DNA of 64,000 nt, taken from NCBI GenBank assembly GCA_047967505.1, contig CM106538.1. The stretch is one strand, 5' to 3'. Shown piece after piece: positions 38,280-49,857 of this stretch (the stretch's first letter is position 1; every line of letters begins with the position of its first letter). This DNA comes from Dipteris shenzhenensis (taxonomy: Eukaryota). The notes under the pieces were generated by a model that was not told where the DNA came from, did no database searches, and saw only the letters and a list, made by a program, of their open reading frames with translations. The position numbers and the translations under genes were made by a program.

Positions 38280-39911
38280 CTACTCATTGCTTGGCGGAGG
38301 TGGAGGCACTTGTGCTTTCTTTCTCAGAAGTCGCTTCGGTTGGATTGGAATGATAGGGTCCTTCGTGGCCGCTTTCTGTTGGCGTGTAATTACATTGATA
38401 GGTTGTGACTTAGACTTGCCAGATCCAAGACTTTGATGGTCCACCCCAATGATGCCGATGGGGACGTCAGGCTTAACCTCTGTTTGTTCTGGAACCTTAT
38501 TTTTCATGGGACAATCCATACAGGCATGTCCTATGCCACAATCTCTGCAGAGTGGTTGGAAAGTGGCTGGGCTACCGCGATGAGGGCACTCTGCGATTCT
38601 ATGATTTTCTCCACAACCGTAACACTTGATTGGTGCTCGAAATGTGTTGGGTCGCACTTGATTTGCATACACTGGTATTAGACCCTCTGCACCTTCTACA
38701 TAGTACACTGGGTACTCTGCTTCATACTCAAATAGCGAGTCTACTTCCTCGGCTTGTAATTGATGTATGGGAACTGCCTGAGGAGCTGGATTTGGTGCTC
38801 TTGGATACGGTCGTGGATTCGGATTCCTGAGTAGTTGTGGGACTTGTGTCCGAACGGGAACAGGATTTAGTCTCGCAGCTGGGGGCGCTTGTGCAAGTGC
38901 CGATTGCCTGTATACTGGCATGGGTGCCGCTTGGTATTGTGGTGGTTGAGGCGGATTGTTGCGCATGTTGAAGATGCAACTGGTCTCATCATGGCCGCCG
39001 ATGACACAGATATGGCACCACAACCGTGGCGGTGGATTTGCTTGTGCAGTGATTCTTGCTCTTAGGACTGGGCATTCATTTGCTGTATGATTGGCCAAGC
39101 AGTGTGGGCACCAGACATTTTCTCGCCGTGGATATGTTTGAGTTGGCGGCTGAGACAAGTGAAGTTTTTGATCCATGGCCTGCATCATATCTTCTTTCAG
39201 CTTCAAGGTCATGGCCTCGAGGCGATCTTCATTGGATGTTTCGACAGAGTCCTTTGATTTACCTTTTTTCGAGCGCTTATCTCGTGTATTTGATCTGGCA
39301 TCATCACTGCTAGTGTCTGAATCTGTCATGCCATCTTCGATGTCAATGGCTGCCGCATGAGCAGCACTGAATGTTTCATAGCTACTTATCTTTTTCATAT
39401 CCTTGCGGATTTTCTTTCTTAGACCTGCTATGAACCATGCCGTGAGGTACTTTGCATCTGGGCATGGGTCACATTTGGCGATCAATCTCTTCATCTTTCC
39501 CAGGTATGTGCGTACATCTTCCCTCCGGCCTTGTTCGATCTTGCTGAGTTGGAGAGCGGGATCATCTTGTAGCCTCTCTGTTTGAAAGCGACGTTTGAAT
39601 TCGGTTTGAAGTAGGTCCCATGTAGCACGTTCTTCCACAAGAAGGTCGAGGTACCATTCTGACGCCTCATCAGTTAAGGCCATTGGAAACCAAGCCACCT
39701 TAGTTTCATGGGATTGATCACCACCTGCTCGACATGCGGCATCAAAATGTTGGAGGAAGCGAGCAGGGTCTCCCCTACCATTATATTTGGGAAGTTCCAG
39801 TTTTCCCAAGGGGCGTCGGCCGTGATTGTTGTGATTTCGTCGATTGAAGAAGTTGTCAGCCTCGGCATCGAGCTCGATGTCCCCATCATGCTCAGGACGG
39901 CGTCCAGCCAT
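38280..39911 (-). CDS. gag: Ty3/gypsy Gag, 543 aa
   Basis: LPKYNGRGDPARFL, ASEWY, IEQGRREDVRTY, WFIAGL; several Cys/His knuckles. Confidence 0.88.
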   Translation of the reverse strand: MAGRRPEHDGDIELDAEADNFFNRRNHNNHGRRPLGKLELPKYNGRGDPARFLQHFDAACRAGGDQSHETKVAWFPMALTDEASEWYLDLLVEERATWDLLQTEFKRRFQTERLQDDPALQLSKIEQGRREDVRTYLGKMKRLIAKCDPCPDAKYLTAWFIAGLRKKIRKDMKKISSYETFSAAHAAAIDIEDGMTDSDTSSDDARSNTRDKRSKKGKSKDSVETSNEDRLEAMTLKLKEDMMQAMDQKLHLSQPPTQTYPRRENVWCPHCLANHTANECPVLRARITAQANPPPRLWCHICVIGGHDETSCIFNMRNNPPQPPQYQAAPMPVYRQSALAQAPPAARLNPVPVRTQVPQLLRNPNPRPYPRAPNPAPQAVPIHQLQAEEVDSLFEYEAEYPVYYVEGAEGLIPVYANQVRPNTFRAPIKCYGCGENHRIAECPHRGSPATFQPLCRDCGIGHACMDCPMKNKVPEQTEVKPDVPIGIIGVDHQSLGSGKSKSQPINVITRQQKAATKDPIIPIQPKRLLRKKAQVPPPPPSNE

Positions 39912-40499
39912 GTTGGGGCGAGGAGGAGTTCAAGGAAGTTGTTGAATCTCAGGGGGGAATTCGGGGTAGAGGATTGGCGGGGGCGGTTGTTGCAGTGGAG
40001 TTAGTTGCGGATTGGGCGAGTGTTGGAGTCGAAGTCGTTGGCCGGAACGTAACTGCATGCAGAGGGTGCGTGATTTGCCAAGGGTATCGCTACCCCAAGG
40101 GCGGGTGTGGAGGTGGTGTCGTTAGGAGAGTTAGAGTGATGTTAGTTGGTGTAGGGACCGTCGTGTTAATAAGGTGCCTAGGATTTTCCTACGTGTGTAG
40201 GAAAATGTGCCAGTGCAGACGGATCGTTAATCGGAGGTCGCGGCGTGAAAATACGAGTGAATTAATGCAAAATGAGGCCCACACGGGGGCGCGAATGAAC
40301 GTGTGCTAGGGATGCCGAAATGGTGTGCAATGGGCTGGAAAAATACCCCGTAACGTGGTGTTTCCGTGTGTGAAATCTGGGTTCAAACGGGGTTCAATTT
40401 GGGTCCCAAACGGATGAGTTTCGAGGGGTTAAAGGAGGGGTAAATTTGGCGTTTGGGGGGCTCCTAATGGTGGTGTGAATGGACTTTAAGTCCAACCGA

Positions 40500-40865
40500 G
40501 GGGTTGAAACCAAGTGACTCTAGTTAGACTAACTAACCTAGATCCTCCCAGTTACTGTAACTGGGAGGTTTAACTAACTGTAGTTAGATACTAACTGAAG
40601 AGTTAGTCTAACCTAACTGAGGGTAACTAAACTAACCTAACCTCAGTTACTACTAACCAAACCTACGTAGCTAATCTAACTGAGGGCAACTTGACGAACC
40701 TAGTTGGCCTAACCTAACTAACCTAACCTAACTGTGGTTAATACTAACTAGTCTAGGGTTAACCGACCTAACCTAACCTAACCTAACCTAGGTTAACCAC
40801 TAACCTAACTACAGTTAGCACTAACCTAACTATGGTAAATCTAACCTAGAGTTAATTTTAGGTTA

Positions 40866-40896
<31 letters not shown>

Positions 40897-42120
40897 GGGT
40901 GGTTCTGAGGGGGGGCTGCCCGACGGCGGCGCCCTGGGGGGCTGCCCGAGGTGGCGCAGGGGCGGGACGGGGGTGCGCGGGGGGCGGGGTGGGTGCGGGG
41001 GGTGGGAGGGGGTGCGAACGCGGGCGCAGGGCGGGGGAGGGCGGGGGGTGCGTGAGGAGAGGGGGTGGGGCGGGGGGGCGGCGCTGTGTGCGCCGCCGCG
41101 GGGGCGGGGGGTGCGTGAGGAGAGGGGACGAGGTGGGTGCGGGGGGTGGGAGAGGAGAGGGGGCGGGTTGAGTGCGGGGCGCAGGGCGGGGCGGGGGGTG
41201 AGAGAGGAGAGGGGGCGGGTTGAGTGCGGGGCGCGGGGGGGAACGTGCGAGGGGGAGGGCGGGGGCACCATCGCAGGGCGACGGTGGCTGCGGCGGGGGT
41301 GGCGAGCGGCGGGGCGGGGATGTGCGAGGGGGAGGGTAGGGGCGCCGCAAGGCGGCGGTGGCTGCGGCGGGGGTGGCGAGCGGCGGGGCGGGGGTGGCGC
41401 GCGGGCGGGGTGGCGTAGGAGGGCGCGGGCGGGGGCGCCGCCGCAGGGGGGCGCTGCGCGGGGCGGGGGTGGCGCAGGAGGGCGCTGCGCGGGGCGGCGG
41501 CGCGGTCGCCACGGGCAGACGGGCGGGCGCCGCGGGCGGGCCGGGGGGGGCGCTGGGCGGGCGGCGCTGCATGCGCCGCCGCGGGGGGGTGGGGGGTCGA
41601 GAGGGGGTTTACAGAGAGGGGAGAGGGGGGTAAGGGGGAGGGGGTAAGCGGGAGAGAGAGGAGAGGGGGCGGGGTGAGAACGAGGGGGAGAGAGGAGAGA
41701 GGGAGTGAGAGAGGGGGTGGGAGAGGGGGAGGGGGAGAGGGGGAGGGGGGAGGTGGTAGTGGAGGGGGAGAGGGGAGGTGGTAGTGGAGGGGGAGGGGGA
41801 GAGGGGGAGGTGGTGATGAAGGGAGAGGGGGAGGGGGGAGGTGGTAGTGGAGGGGGAGAGGGGAGGTGGTAGTGGAGGGGGAGGGGGAGAGGGGGAGGTG
41901 GTGATGAAGGGGGAGGGGGAAGAGGGGAGGTGGTAGTGGAGGGGGAGGGGGAGAGGGGGAGGTGGAGATGAAGGGGGAGGGGGAGAGGGGGAGGTGAGGG
42001 GGAGGTGGAGATGAAGGGGGAGGGGGAAGAGGGGAGGTGGTAGTGGAGGGGGAGGGGGAGAGGGGGAGGTGGAGATGAAGGGGGAGGGGGAGAGGGGGAG
42101 ATGGTGGTGGAGGGGGAGGG
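40500..42120. repeat. Low-complexity 5' leader: (TAACC)n-like tract, T run, CpG-rich block, G-rich minisatellite
   Basis: AACCT repeats 40500-40870; ~24 T at 40873-40896; GC-rich 40900-41600; GGGGGAGGTGGTAGTGGA units 41740-42120. Confidence 0.88.
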
Positions 42121-42624
42121 GTAAAAGAGCAACAAAAAAAAACTGAAAGACGGAAATTGAAAAGCAAGGCGAAGTGGTTACCTGACGCTCTCCAAGTCTT
42201 TCTCGATGGAACGGGATTGTCACGGAACAATGGACGGTGGGTGGAAGGCTAGGTCATCGCTGCGAGAAGGGCTCGATGTCACTTACATGGCGAGGATAGG
42301 AGTAAGGGGGCAGTCGATGGAGAGGGAGGAGTGTCTTGCGTGGGGCTCGGAAGGAGGAAGAGAATGGAGGCAAAAAGTGAAAGATGAAGAATGAGGGGGG
42401 GTGGAGTAGGTTTTTATAGGTTTGGATTTTAGGTTTAGGGTTTAACCCTAAACTCTTCTCGAGCCATAACTCTTTATGGAGAGCTCGGTTTGCCTTTCTG
42501 TAAAAAGATAAAATGATCGTAATTGAAAGCTCTACGCAACCGTGTCCACTACCTAGCCTAATTGTACATCATGTGGCTTTTATACCTACCTATGCATGTT
42601 TACTCGCTACTTGAGACGCTAGTC

Positions 42625-42642
42625 TCCCCGGCAACGGCACCA
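42625..42642 (-). promoter_or_regulatory. Primer-binding site, tRNA-Asp type
   Basis: TGGTGCCGTTGCCGGGGA, 2 nt from the 5' LTR; one mismatch to the Athila-type TGGCGCCGTTGCCGGGGA. Confidence 0.85.
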
Positions 42643-42644
42643 AA

Positions 42645-43761
42645 TGTTGGCTCTTTCCTACTGCTTCCGTAGGAAGAGCTGGGTATTCTATGTTGTAGGG
42701 TTCCGAGGCTTTTTGTCACCTACAGATATATTGGGTTTGTCGTTGTAGTATATGTGTAGCTTAGGACCTCGAGTCGTGTTCCGGTGAGAGACGTAGGCTT
42801 AAGTGTGGTGAGTAAACAAAATGCAAGCATGTGTAAAAGGCACGTAAACCATTGTTGTTGGGGTAATGAAGGCTTTCGCCTTCATTGGGGGTTGTAGGGT
42901 TTAGGAGGAGTTTAAGGGAGGATCCAGGGTTTAGAAAGAGTTCAGGGTTAGAAAGAGTTCTAGGGTTTAGAAGGGGGTTCCAAGGTTTAGAAGGAGTCCA
43001 GGGTTAGAAGGAGGGTCCAAGGTTCAGAGTAGAGTACATGGTGGAGAACTCGTCTCCCTCGTAGATCATTGAGTTTAAGGGTTTAGGAAAGCATAGGAGT
43101 GGGAGAGGAAGAAGGTGTAAGAGCATGGGTGAAGTAAGAGAGAGAGGATGAAGGAGGAGGAGGGAAGAGGAGGAGGGAGAGGGAGGAGAGAGGAGGAGGA
43201 GGAGGAGGGAGGAGGAGGAGGAGGAGGAGGGAGAAGGAGGGAGGAGGAGAGGGAGAGGGTGGGTTGCAGGGTTGGAGGAGAGGGGAGAAGGGTTGCAAGG
43301 TTAGGACATGCTTTTGGACGTACAGTGCAAGGAAGCATGGACACTTGAGACAAATGCTTGGAATACCAATGTAGACTCAACACAATGCCCCAAGAGTGTG
43401 GGCTTCATTCCATTATGGGGTATTTATACAAGTTGGAGAGCTTCCCTCTCTGCATGTAACACAAAGTCGTATCACAAAGTTGTAACACAAAGTTGTATCA
43501 CAAAGTCGTAACACAAAGTTGTGTCACAAAGTCGTAACACATTCTCTCTCTTCATGTAGAAGATGTAACACAAAGTTGTTAAACAAAGTCGTAACATAAA
43601 CTTGTAACACAAACTTGCAACACAAAGTTGTTACACAAAGTCGTAACATAAAGTTGTGTCTAGAAGTTGTAACACAAAGTTGTAACACCTTCTCTTTCTT
43701 CATAAGTTCATGTTGGCACAGAGTCAATTTTTCATAAGTTCATGTTGGCACAGAGTCAACA
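42645..43761 (-). repeat. 5' LTR of the Athila-like element
   Basis: Direct repeat of 28368-29531; adjacent to the PBS. Confidence 0.95.
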
Positions 43762-46700
43762 GCAGGTTTGAGCCCATTGATGGGCAACCCTTTTATGAAG
43801 CTTGCAGGATTGCCCTTGATGAGGGAAGAAAAGGAAACTTGCCACAAATTGAGTGGATGGAAAAGTTTCAATGGGTCATTTGTCATATATGCATATTTAA
43901 CAATGACTCAAAGTACATTCTAGAATCAGAAAGGCTGCATTCTGCTCCATTTAGGTTGAAAAAAGCCTCTTCTCTTTCTAAGATCTTGATAAAGGCAAGG
44001 GAGTTATGGATGGGCTGTGGAAAGCCACAAACAGTGAAGGGTAGGAGACCTACATCTGAGTACATGGCAAAGAGGACTCGGCTCTATAGATGCTTGAAAG
44101 TTGTTGTAAGCAATACGCAAGGCATCAAGTAATAAGGTTGAGGCAAAGGATTTCAACACCGCCATTGCAAGATACAGGGATGTTACTTGCATTGTCTTCC
44201 ATGAGGACTCAGTGTTTCAGAGCATGGTGGATGTTTGCCAAGCATATGAAACAGGGAAAATATCCTTCGAGGCACCAGAGCACACTACAACTCAAAGGAA
44301 AGAAATAAAGAAACCGATGTCTATTGTTTGGTGGAGAGCATTAAGGTTTGTTCCAGATGCAATAATAGCAGAAGTATGCAAGAAGATCCTAAGTGGTGAC
44401 TACTTCTTTGGAAAGAAGAGCAAGCATAGCAACTTGGATGAAGTGGTCACCCGAATGATTCAAAGTGAGGCTACTCTCTCGGCACTATTATTTTTATTGA
44501 AATTTGATGATGAGTTAGCTGGCAAGAATTGATGTGGATAAGAAGAATTAGCCTAGGTCAACTCCTTGATAAGACATGGGCTAGAAAGTGGTTGGCTTCA
44601 ATGGATGCAGATGCCACACCAACAAAGGATCTAAGAGCTAAAATGCCAAAGGTTGTTGAGATATAATATATGGACATCAAGAAAAAGGCCTTGGCACAGT
44701 CCACTGCCCAAGGTAGAGCAATTGGTGGTTTAGATGATGGTTCTCCATTCAGCTTCTCCTATGATATCCTGCTATCAGATAATGATACAAAATTTGCACA
44801 AATGGCATTGATACAGAGCATTTCATAACAATGAGTGGTCATGCTTGGGAGAAGCCATGCGTATTTTTCATAGATGAATTGCAAGACCTTGCAGTGTCAC
44901 GGATAGTTGAACTTATGCGGTTTATCGTAGAAGGTCCTATGGCAGATAAGAAAAGATCAATGTTGGTCCTGTTCATGATAGAATCACAAAGGGATGCCTT
45001 GTATGCGAGTTTGACATCTGCATTTGGGTATTTACTTTCACAAGTATACCATGGTATAGTCCTACGCAATCATATAACTATCTTGGAAGGCACTGCCATT
45101 CAAGTCTTGCAGCCTTTCTTGATGTGCTTCTTATCCACCAGGGGTGGTGGCAATCTAATCAAAATTCCTTTAAGGACTCTTGAGCTTCATTACTTTGAGG
45201 ACAATAAGATTAAGCTTGATGCAACAATGGTGGATTACAGAAAGCTGATGGATCTTGATGTGATACTAGAGATGACAAAGAATTTATTGAATGATGGGTG
45301 GGAAGTAGCATTATATCGAATGGGTTTTGCTACTAAGAAATTGCTATGCCAAGGTAGAAATGTAAATGTCATTGATACCCCCCATCAAATTGAGTTCTTT
45401 GACACATATTACAGTTGCACTACCTTCTTTGAAGAGGAAAATGTCAAAGAAGAGGGTAGTGAGAAAAATGTCGAAGATGAGGGTAGTGAGTTTGAGGGTG
45501 ATGATTTTAGCTCAGGTGATGATGAGGATGAAAGCTCTGCATCCGATGACTTATGCCAAGAAGAAATCCACACAAAGAATAAGGGTGATCAATTGTCAAC
45601 TAGAGTTAAGGAGGTTCCACTCATCATACAGGAAGGCTCGGGGTAGCAAGAAGTAGTAGTTCAGCACGTCACAGGAAAAGGTAAGGCTAAAGAGGTGGAA
45701 GCACTTCCCTTGAAATTAAAAGTGAGGAAGGCACCCTTAATCTTGGGTGAAGGACATGCAAGTGGATCAAGAAAGGAAGCCTTACTCAAAGAAGGTATGG
45801 ACGAGGCAAAGCATGACCAGGAGGAGTTACCAAGAGGCATAGATGGTTCTTCAACCATGATCTTACAGACTCCAGAGTAGCCTACTAGTCAGGAACCTAG
45901 TAGCCAGGTCCCTACTCACCAAGAACTTGGTCATGAGACTCTAGAACAGCCTACTAGTTAGGTGCTTAGAACTGAAGAGCAAACTACTAAGGACCTTGCT
46001 ACTAAGACTCCAGTCTTAGAGCAGCCTATTAGTCAAGACCTTGGTAGTCAAGGGCCTAGCATTGAGGACATTGGTACTAAGTAACATGATGGCTGACGGC
46101 CTTGTAATCACAAGTTTTGAACTTCTATGTAAAGCGAATATCTAATAAAAAGTTTACTACTTTTTTGATTTCTTTACTCTCATTATTGTGTATAAAGATT
46201 GTTTATGAGGTCCATTTTATATTTAATGGTGTATTTCAAACTTTATGTCAAATGTATTTTTATAGTTAAGGGTGTTTTTTAATACCAAGTGAGGTGTATA
46301 TGTACACCACTTACACATAAAAGGATTTATCTACACTACCTTTATAAGGGGTTTATGTACACCACCTTTCTAAAAGAAATGGTCATAAAGGTGTGTGCAC
46401 ACCACTTATACATAAAGGTGTTTATTTACACCACCTTTCTAAGAGAATTGGTCATCTATTATTGGTCATCTATTTGATGTTCTTAGGTGATAGTAGCTCA
46501 ATTCACAAGAAGTTATGAAGATGTTTATGTAGAACACCTTTGTAAGAGATTTTTGTGAAGTTATGAAGATGTTTATGTAGACCACCTTTGTAAGAGATTT
46601 GGTTATGCATTGATGTTCATAGTACTTAATCATCAAATCTTTTGTTTTGAGTTGTCAAATCTAGTTCAAAAAACAACATTACTAGTATATTCAAAATTTT

Positions 46701-46849
46701 TGGACTCTTTTTTAGTCCATTTCTCAAATTGGACTTTACACAAGTCCAAAAATTTTGAATCGTGTGTTAATAGAGATCTACCATATTGCTTTCATTGTGC
46801 TCTCACACCTCTTGCAAGATGCATCTATTCTATCCTACAGGTTCCTACA

Positions 46850-47400
46850 GCAATGGCAGTATTGCTCAAAATTATGCCTGAAGATTATGATCATGTTGTT
46901 ACCACATTGAAAAATCTTCCTAATCCTACTCTTGAAGGTCTTATTACTGCTCTTCAAGAAGAAGAAAGGCACAAGGAACTCCGGAGAGGCAATGACATAG
47001 CCTATGCCATCAAAACTCAAATGGGCAAGCTTTCACCTTGCAAACATTGTGGGAAGACTAATCACCTCTCAAAAGATTACTTCAAGATCAATCCTTGCAA
47101 ATATTGTGGCAAAAACAATCACCATGAAAAGTTTTGTAAGGCCAAAAAAGAAGCAATTACAAAACCAGAAACTGCCAATTTACTTTCAGTTGATGTCCCT
47201 CCACAAGATGAGGCCTCTTATGAAAATTATGCTTTTTGAACCATCTCCATATATGCTCCAGATCTTTCTTTTATGTTGAGTCAAGGTACTGGATAGTCCT
47301 CCAAAATGAATGGAATAAACTATTGTGTTCTTTGTAAACATCTCCATATATGCTCCAGATCTTTCTTTTATGTTGAGTCAAGGTACTGGATAGTCCTCCC
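46850..47400 (+). pseudogene. gag: Gag-only element E, probable 3' part: gag C-terminus (to 47239) and truncated 3' UTR
   Basis: AMAVLLKIMPEDY...double zinc knuckle...YAF* starts right after the end of the F LTR; downstream sequence matches the element C 3' UTR; no 3' LTR found. Confidence 0.78.
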
Positions 47401-47830
47401 TCCCCCTCACTCACTCCCCCTCCTCACTCCCTCCTCCCCCTCCCTCCTCCTCCCCCTCCCTCCCTCCCTTCTCCCCCTCCCCTCTCCTCCCCTCCCCCTC
47501 CTCACTCCCTCCTCCCCCTTCCTCCTCCTCCCCCTCCCTCCCTCCCTCCTCCACACCTGCTCCTTCTACCCTCCCCCTCCCTCCCTCCCTCCCCCACACC
47601 TGCTCCTCCTGCCCTCCCCCTCCCTCCTCCTCCACTACTATTCCTCCTCCCCCCTCCCTCCTGCTCCTCCCTCCTCCCTCCTTCCTCCTCCATGCCTACT
47701 CCTCCTCACCCTCCACACCTGCTAGTTTGCCCCCTTTTCCTCCTCTTCAATTACTCGTCCTCCCTCCCCCATCCCTCCTCCTCCTTGCCCTCCCTCTTCC
47801 TGCATGATGCTCCTTTAAGCCTGCATCTCC
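47400..47830. repeat. CT-rich low-complexity tract
   Basis: CCT and CCCT repeats. Confidence 0.85.
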
Positions 47831-47859
47831 ACACCTTCTCCTTCTCTACACTCCTTTAG

Positions 47860-49188
47860 TCATGGCACCATTCGAGGACCAACAAGTATCAGGTTCACTT
47901 AGAGTTGGAGGCTGAATATGCAAGCACACGTAGTCTAGGATTGAGGGGAGCTTCCAAAATCCAGTTTTTGTTTGCAAGGAAAGAAGCATCTCGACCTTTG
48001 GGTAGAAGGATCCTTGTATCCTTTAGATCCTACCAACCAAAAGAGCCCTCCTTTCCAGACAATGCATGAGCTAGTTCAGTTTGTTGGAAATGGACATACG
48101 GGGTTGCTTGGTTATTGCAATTGGTTAAACAATGCTCAGTCAATGGCTATGCAAGAAAGCGAGATGCATAGAGCCCAAGCAGAGATCCTAGCACATTTAG
48201 GAAATAGCACCATTGTTGCAATGCATAACTCTATGCAAGATCTTGAGAGGGAGAACCAGGATCTTTATGATAAATCCAAAGCATTGGACTCGGAGCAAAA
48301 TGCATTGGACTTGGAGCGACATAAATTAGAAGAGTCACTTTGTAAGCTAGCTGAGTCCAAAAAAGGCTTGAAAAGATCTATATACAATCAAGTACGATGA
48401 GCTGTAGAGAAGGAATGAGAGAAGGTAGAAGAATGAGTGCAAAAGATGAAAGAAACACCTTTGGGATTGAAGGAGAGGAAAAGAAGGTACTTACATACCA
48501 TGGATGCATTGGCACCCACTAGTGGTGCTAGAAAGAGGAGAGTCTGGGCTACAAGGTTGGTTATCAAATGTTCCAATGAGATTACAGTCTTTTGTGCTAC
48601 ACTATTTTTGACTAAGTTTTTATTGTGTTCTTCTTTAGGAACTTCATGGAAGATGTGATGGGAAGAACAGATGGGGACGATATTGACTGTTCATATGCTC
48701 TAGCTAGTTTACTGAAGTCAAGCGATGTCATTGGGATACTAAGGAACCCAAGACACAAGTGCCTACATGTGCAAGTTGTTGAGGAGGTGATGAAGGACTT
48801 CAAGGATATTGTGGATGCAAAGGAGATGCTTGCAGCTTGTGATACTACCAGTGTAAGTCGTGAAGCTTACATATCTATTTTCAAAATTTTCAAGTCTACT
48901 ATTTTGGGAAAGTATAAGAAGTCTATAGTGCCCGTATCCACACCTTGGTCTGTGAGATGTGCACGGTGAGAAACAAACCAATGTGCAAGAGAAATGCTTG
49001 GAGGGTACCATTGTGTAAGGGGCACAATGACTTGGAAGAGTAAAAAGAAATCTGGCTTGCAAACCTTTGAGATGAATGCTTTCAAAAATGTCTACTTAGA
49101 TGTTGAGAAACTACAACAAGCAATGGTCAAATTCTATGGCATGAGAGAAGATGGTAAGAGAAAATCCATTATAGCTCTTACCCCTTAA
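47860..49188 (+). pseudogene. Degraded ORF of unknown family, probably transposon-derived
   Basis: Collinear ORFs 47972-48400 (coiled coil), 48437-48658, 48625-48969, 48994-49188 with protein-like composition. Confidence 0.4.
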
Positions 49189-49368
49189 TATATATCAAAA
49201 CCCTAAAAATTAAAATTAATCATAAAATCCCCAAATTTTTTGAAAAGCATTTACACCATGAACTGAAAGGAGAAAACATTAAAAGAAATAACATTTTAAT
49301 TTAATTGTCCATCATCTTTTGAAGCAATAACTAGGATTTGACAGACAAAAAATTAAATATTGCACTAG

Positions 49369-49857
49369 TCAAAACACATTGTTAGCAATCTTCAAAGTTG
49401 CAGGAGGAATGAAATTGGCACTATGCATGCACTTCTCCACACGGCGATTGACCTTACCACAATTTAAGGTAAAGTAGAAGGACTCTGACATGCCATCCTC
49501 CATGACCAATAGGTGTTCTCGCACATCCCTTAGAGTCCATTGTGATGTGACATTCACATTCTTGACATCTCCCTCTTCAACATCAATAGACAAACTTACC
49601 CCCGTATTGTCTTCATCATTAGAGTGTAGGGGAAGCCACCGGCCATTTGTTTTCCTCCAGCGCCTGTACTGAAAAGCTAAATACAACATTTGGCATGACA
49701 AATGGTATCTAATAACCACATTGTCTTTACATGCATGACATTGAAACACATCACCCTTTTGGTCACCTGACCTGGTTTCCCAATTCATCCCAAATAAATC
49801 TTCAAGAGCATTTTCATATACATGCTTGCAGGACCACATAGTTTTTGTTCTATGCAT
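49369..49857 (-). CDS. Hypothetical ORF or terminal exon (162 aa); upstream part cut off by the copia at 49888
   Basis: Open frame with CHAC and WTLRDVREHL; no family recognised. Confidence 0.35.
   Translation of the reverse strand: MHRTKTMWSCKHVYENALEDLFGMNWETRSGDQKGDVFQCHACKDNVVIRYHLSCQMLYLAFQYRRWRKTNGRWLPLHSNDEDNTGVSLSIDVEEGDVKNVNVTSQWTLRDVREHLLVMEDGMSESFYFTLNCGKVNRRVEKCMHSANFIPPATLKIANNVF

Larger units (their letters stand above)
28368..43761 (-). mobile_element. Full-length non-chromovirus Ty3/gypsy (Athila-like), 15.4 kb, with extra 3' ORFs
   Basis: LTRs 28368-29531 and 42645-43761 (TG...CA, highly similar); TSD GCAGG at 28363-28367 and 43762-43766; tRNA-Asp-type PBS; gag-PR-RT-RH-INT order; no second RNase H and no chromodomain. 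Confidence 0.93.
27908..46084 (+). pseudogene. Transposon cargo gene (27908-28367 joined to 43767-46084): ParB/DGQH-like N-terminus, possible degenerate methyltransferase-like region, acidic tail
   Basis: Frame continues across the Athila TSD (NRFLERCR|FEPIDGQP); upstream NQRK(L)DKTFARKLYED...TNITLHP; downstream ORFs 43710-44132, 44212-44532, 44831-45646, 45695-45880. Start position approximate; domain calls are inference. Confidence 0.6.
18170..46768 (-). mobile_element. Large TIR DNA transposon, Sola1/DUF7869-like (~13.2 kb excluding the nested Athila-like element)
   Basis: 27-bp TIRs at 18170-18196 and 46742-46768 (25/27 match); 4-bp TSD AATA at 18166-18169 and 46769-46772; empty site visible in the other F LTR; internal transposase. 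Boundaries are firm, superfamily is inferred from motifs. Confidence 0.85.
15558..46849 (+). mobile_element. Gag-only element F (5' LTR 15558-15875 lacking its first ~30 bp; 3' LTR split into 17903-18169 and 46773-46849)
   Basis: PBS TGGTATCAAAGC at 15878; PPT 17889-17902; the two halves of the 3' LTR rejoin to match the 5' LTR (ATCATAATAGAGATC). Confidence 0.88.

Noticed and set aside
33946-39585. Plus-strand ORFs over gag-pol
   Set aside because: Antisense shadows of the minus-strand polyprotein.
40841-42230. Long Pro-rich and Gly-rich ORFs resembling extensins
   Set aside because: Open in nearly all frames because the G/C low-complexity DNA lacks stops; lies in a retrotransposon leader.
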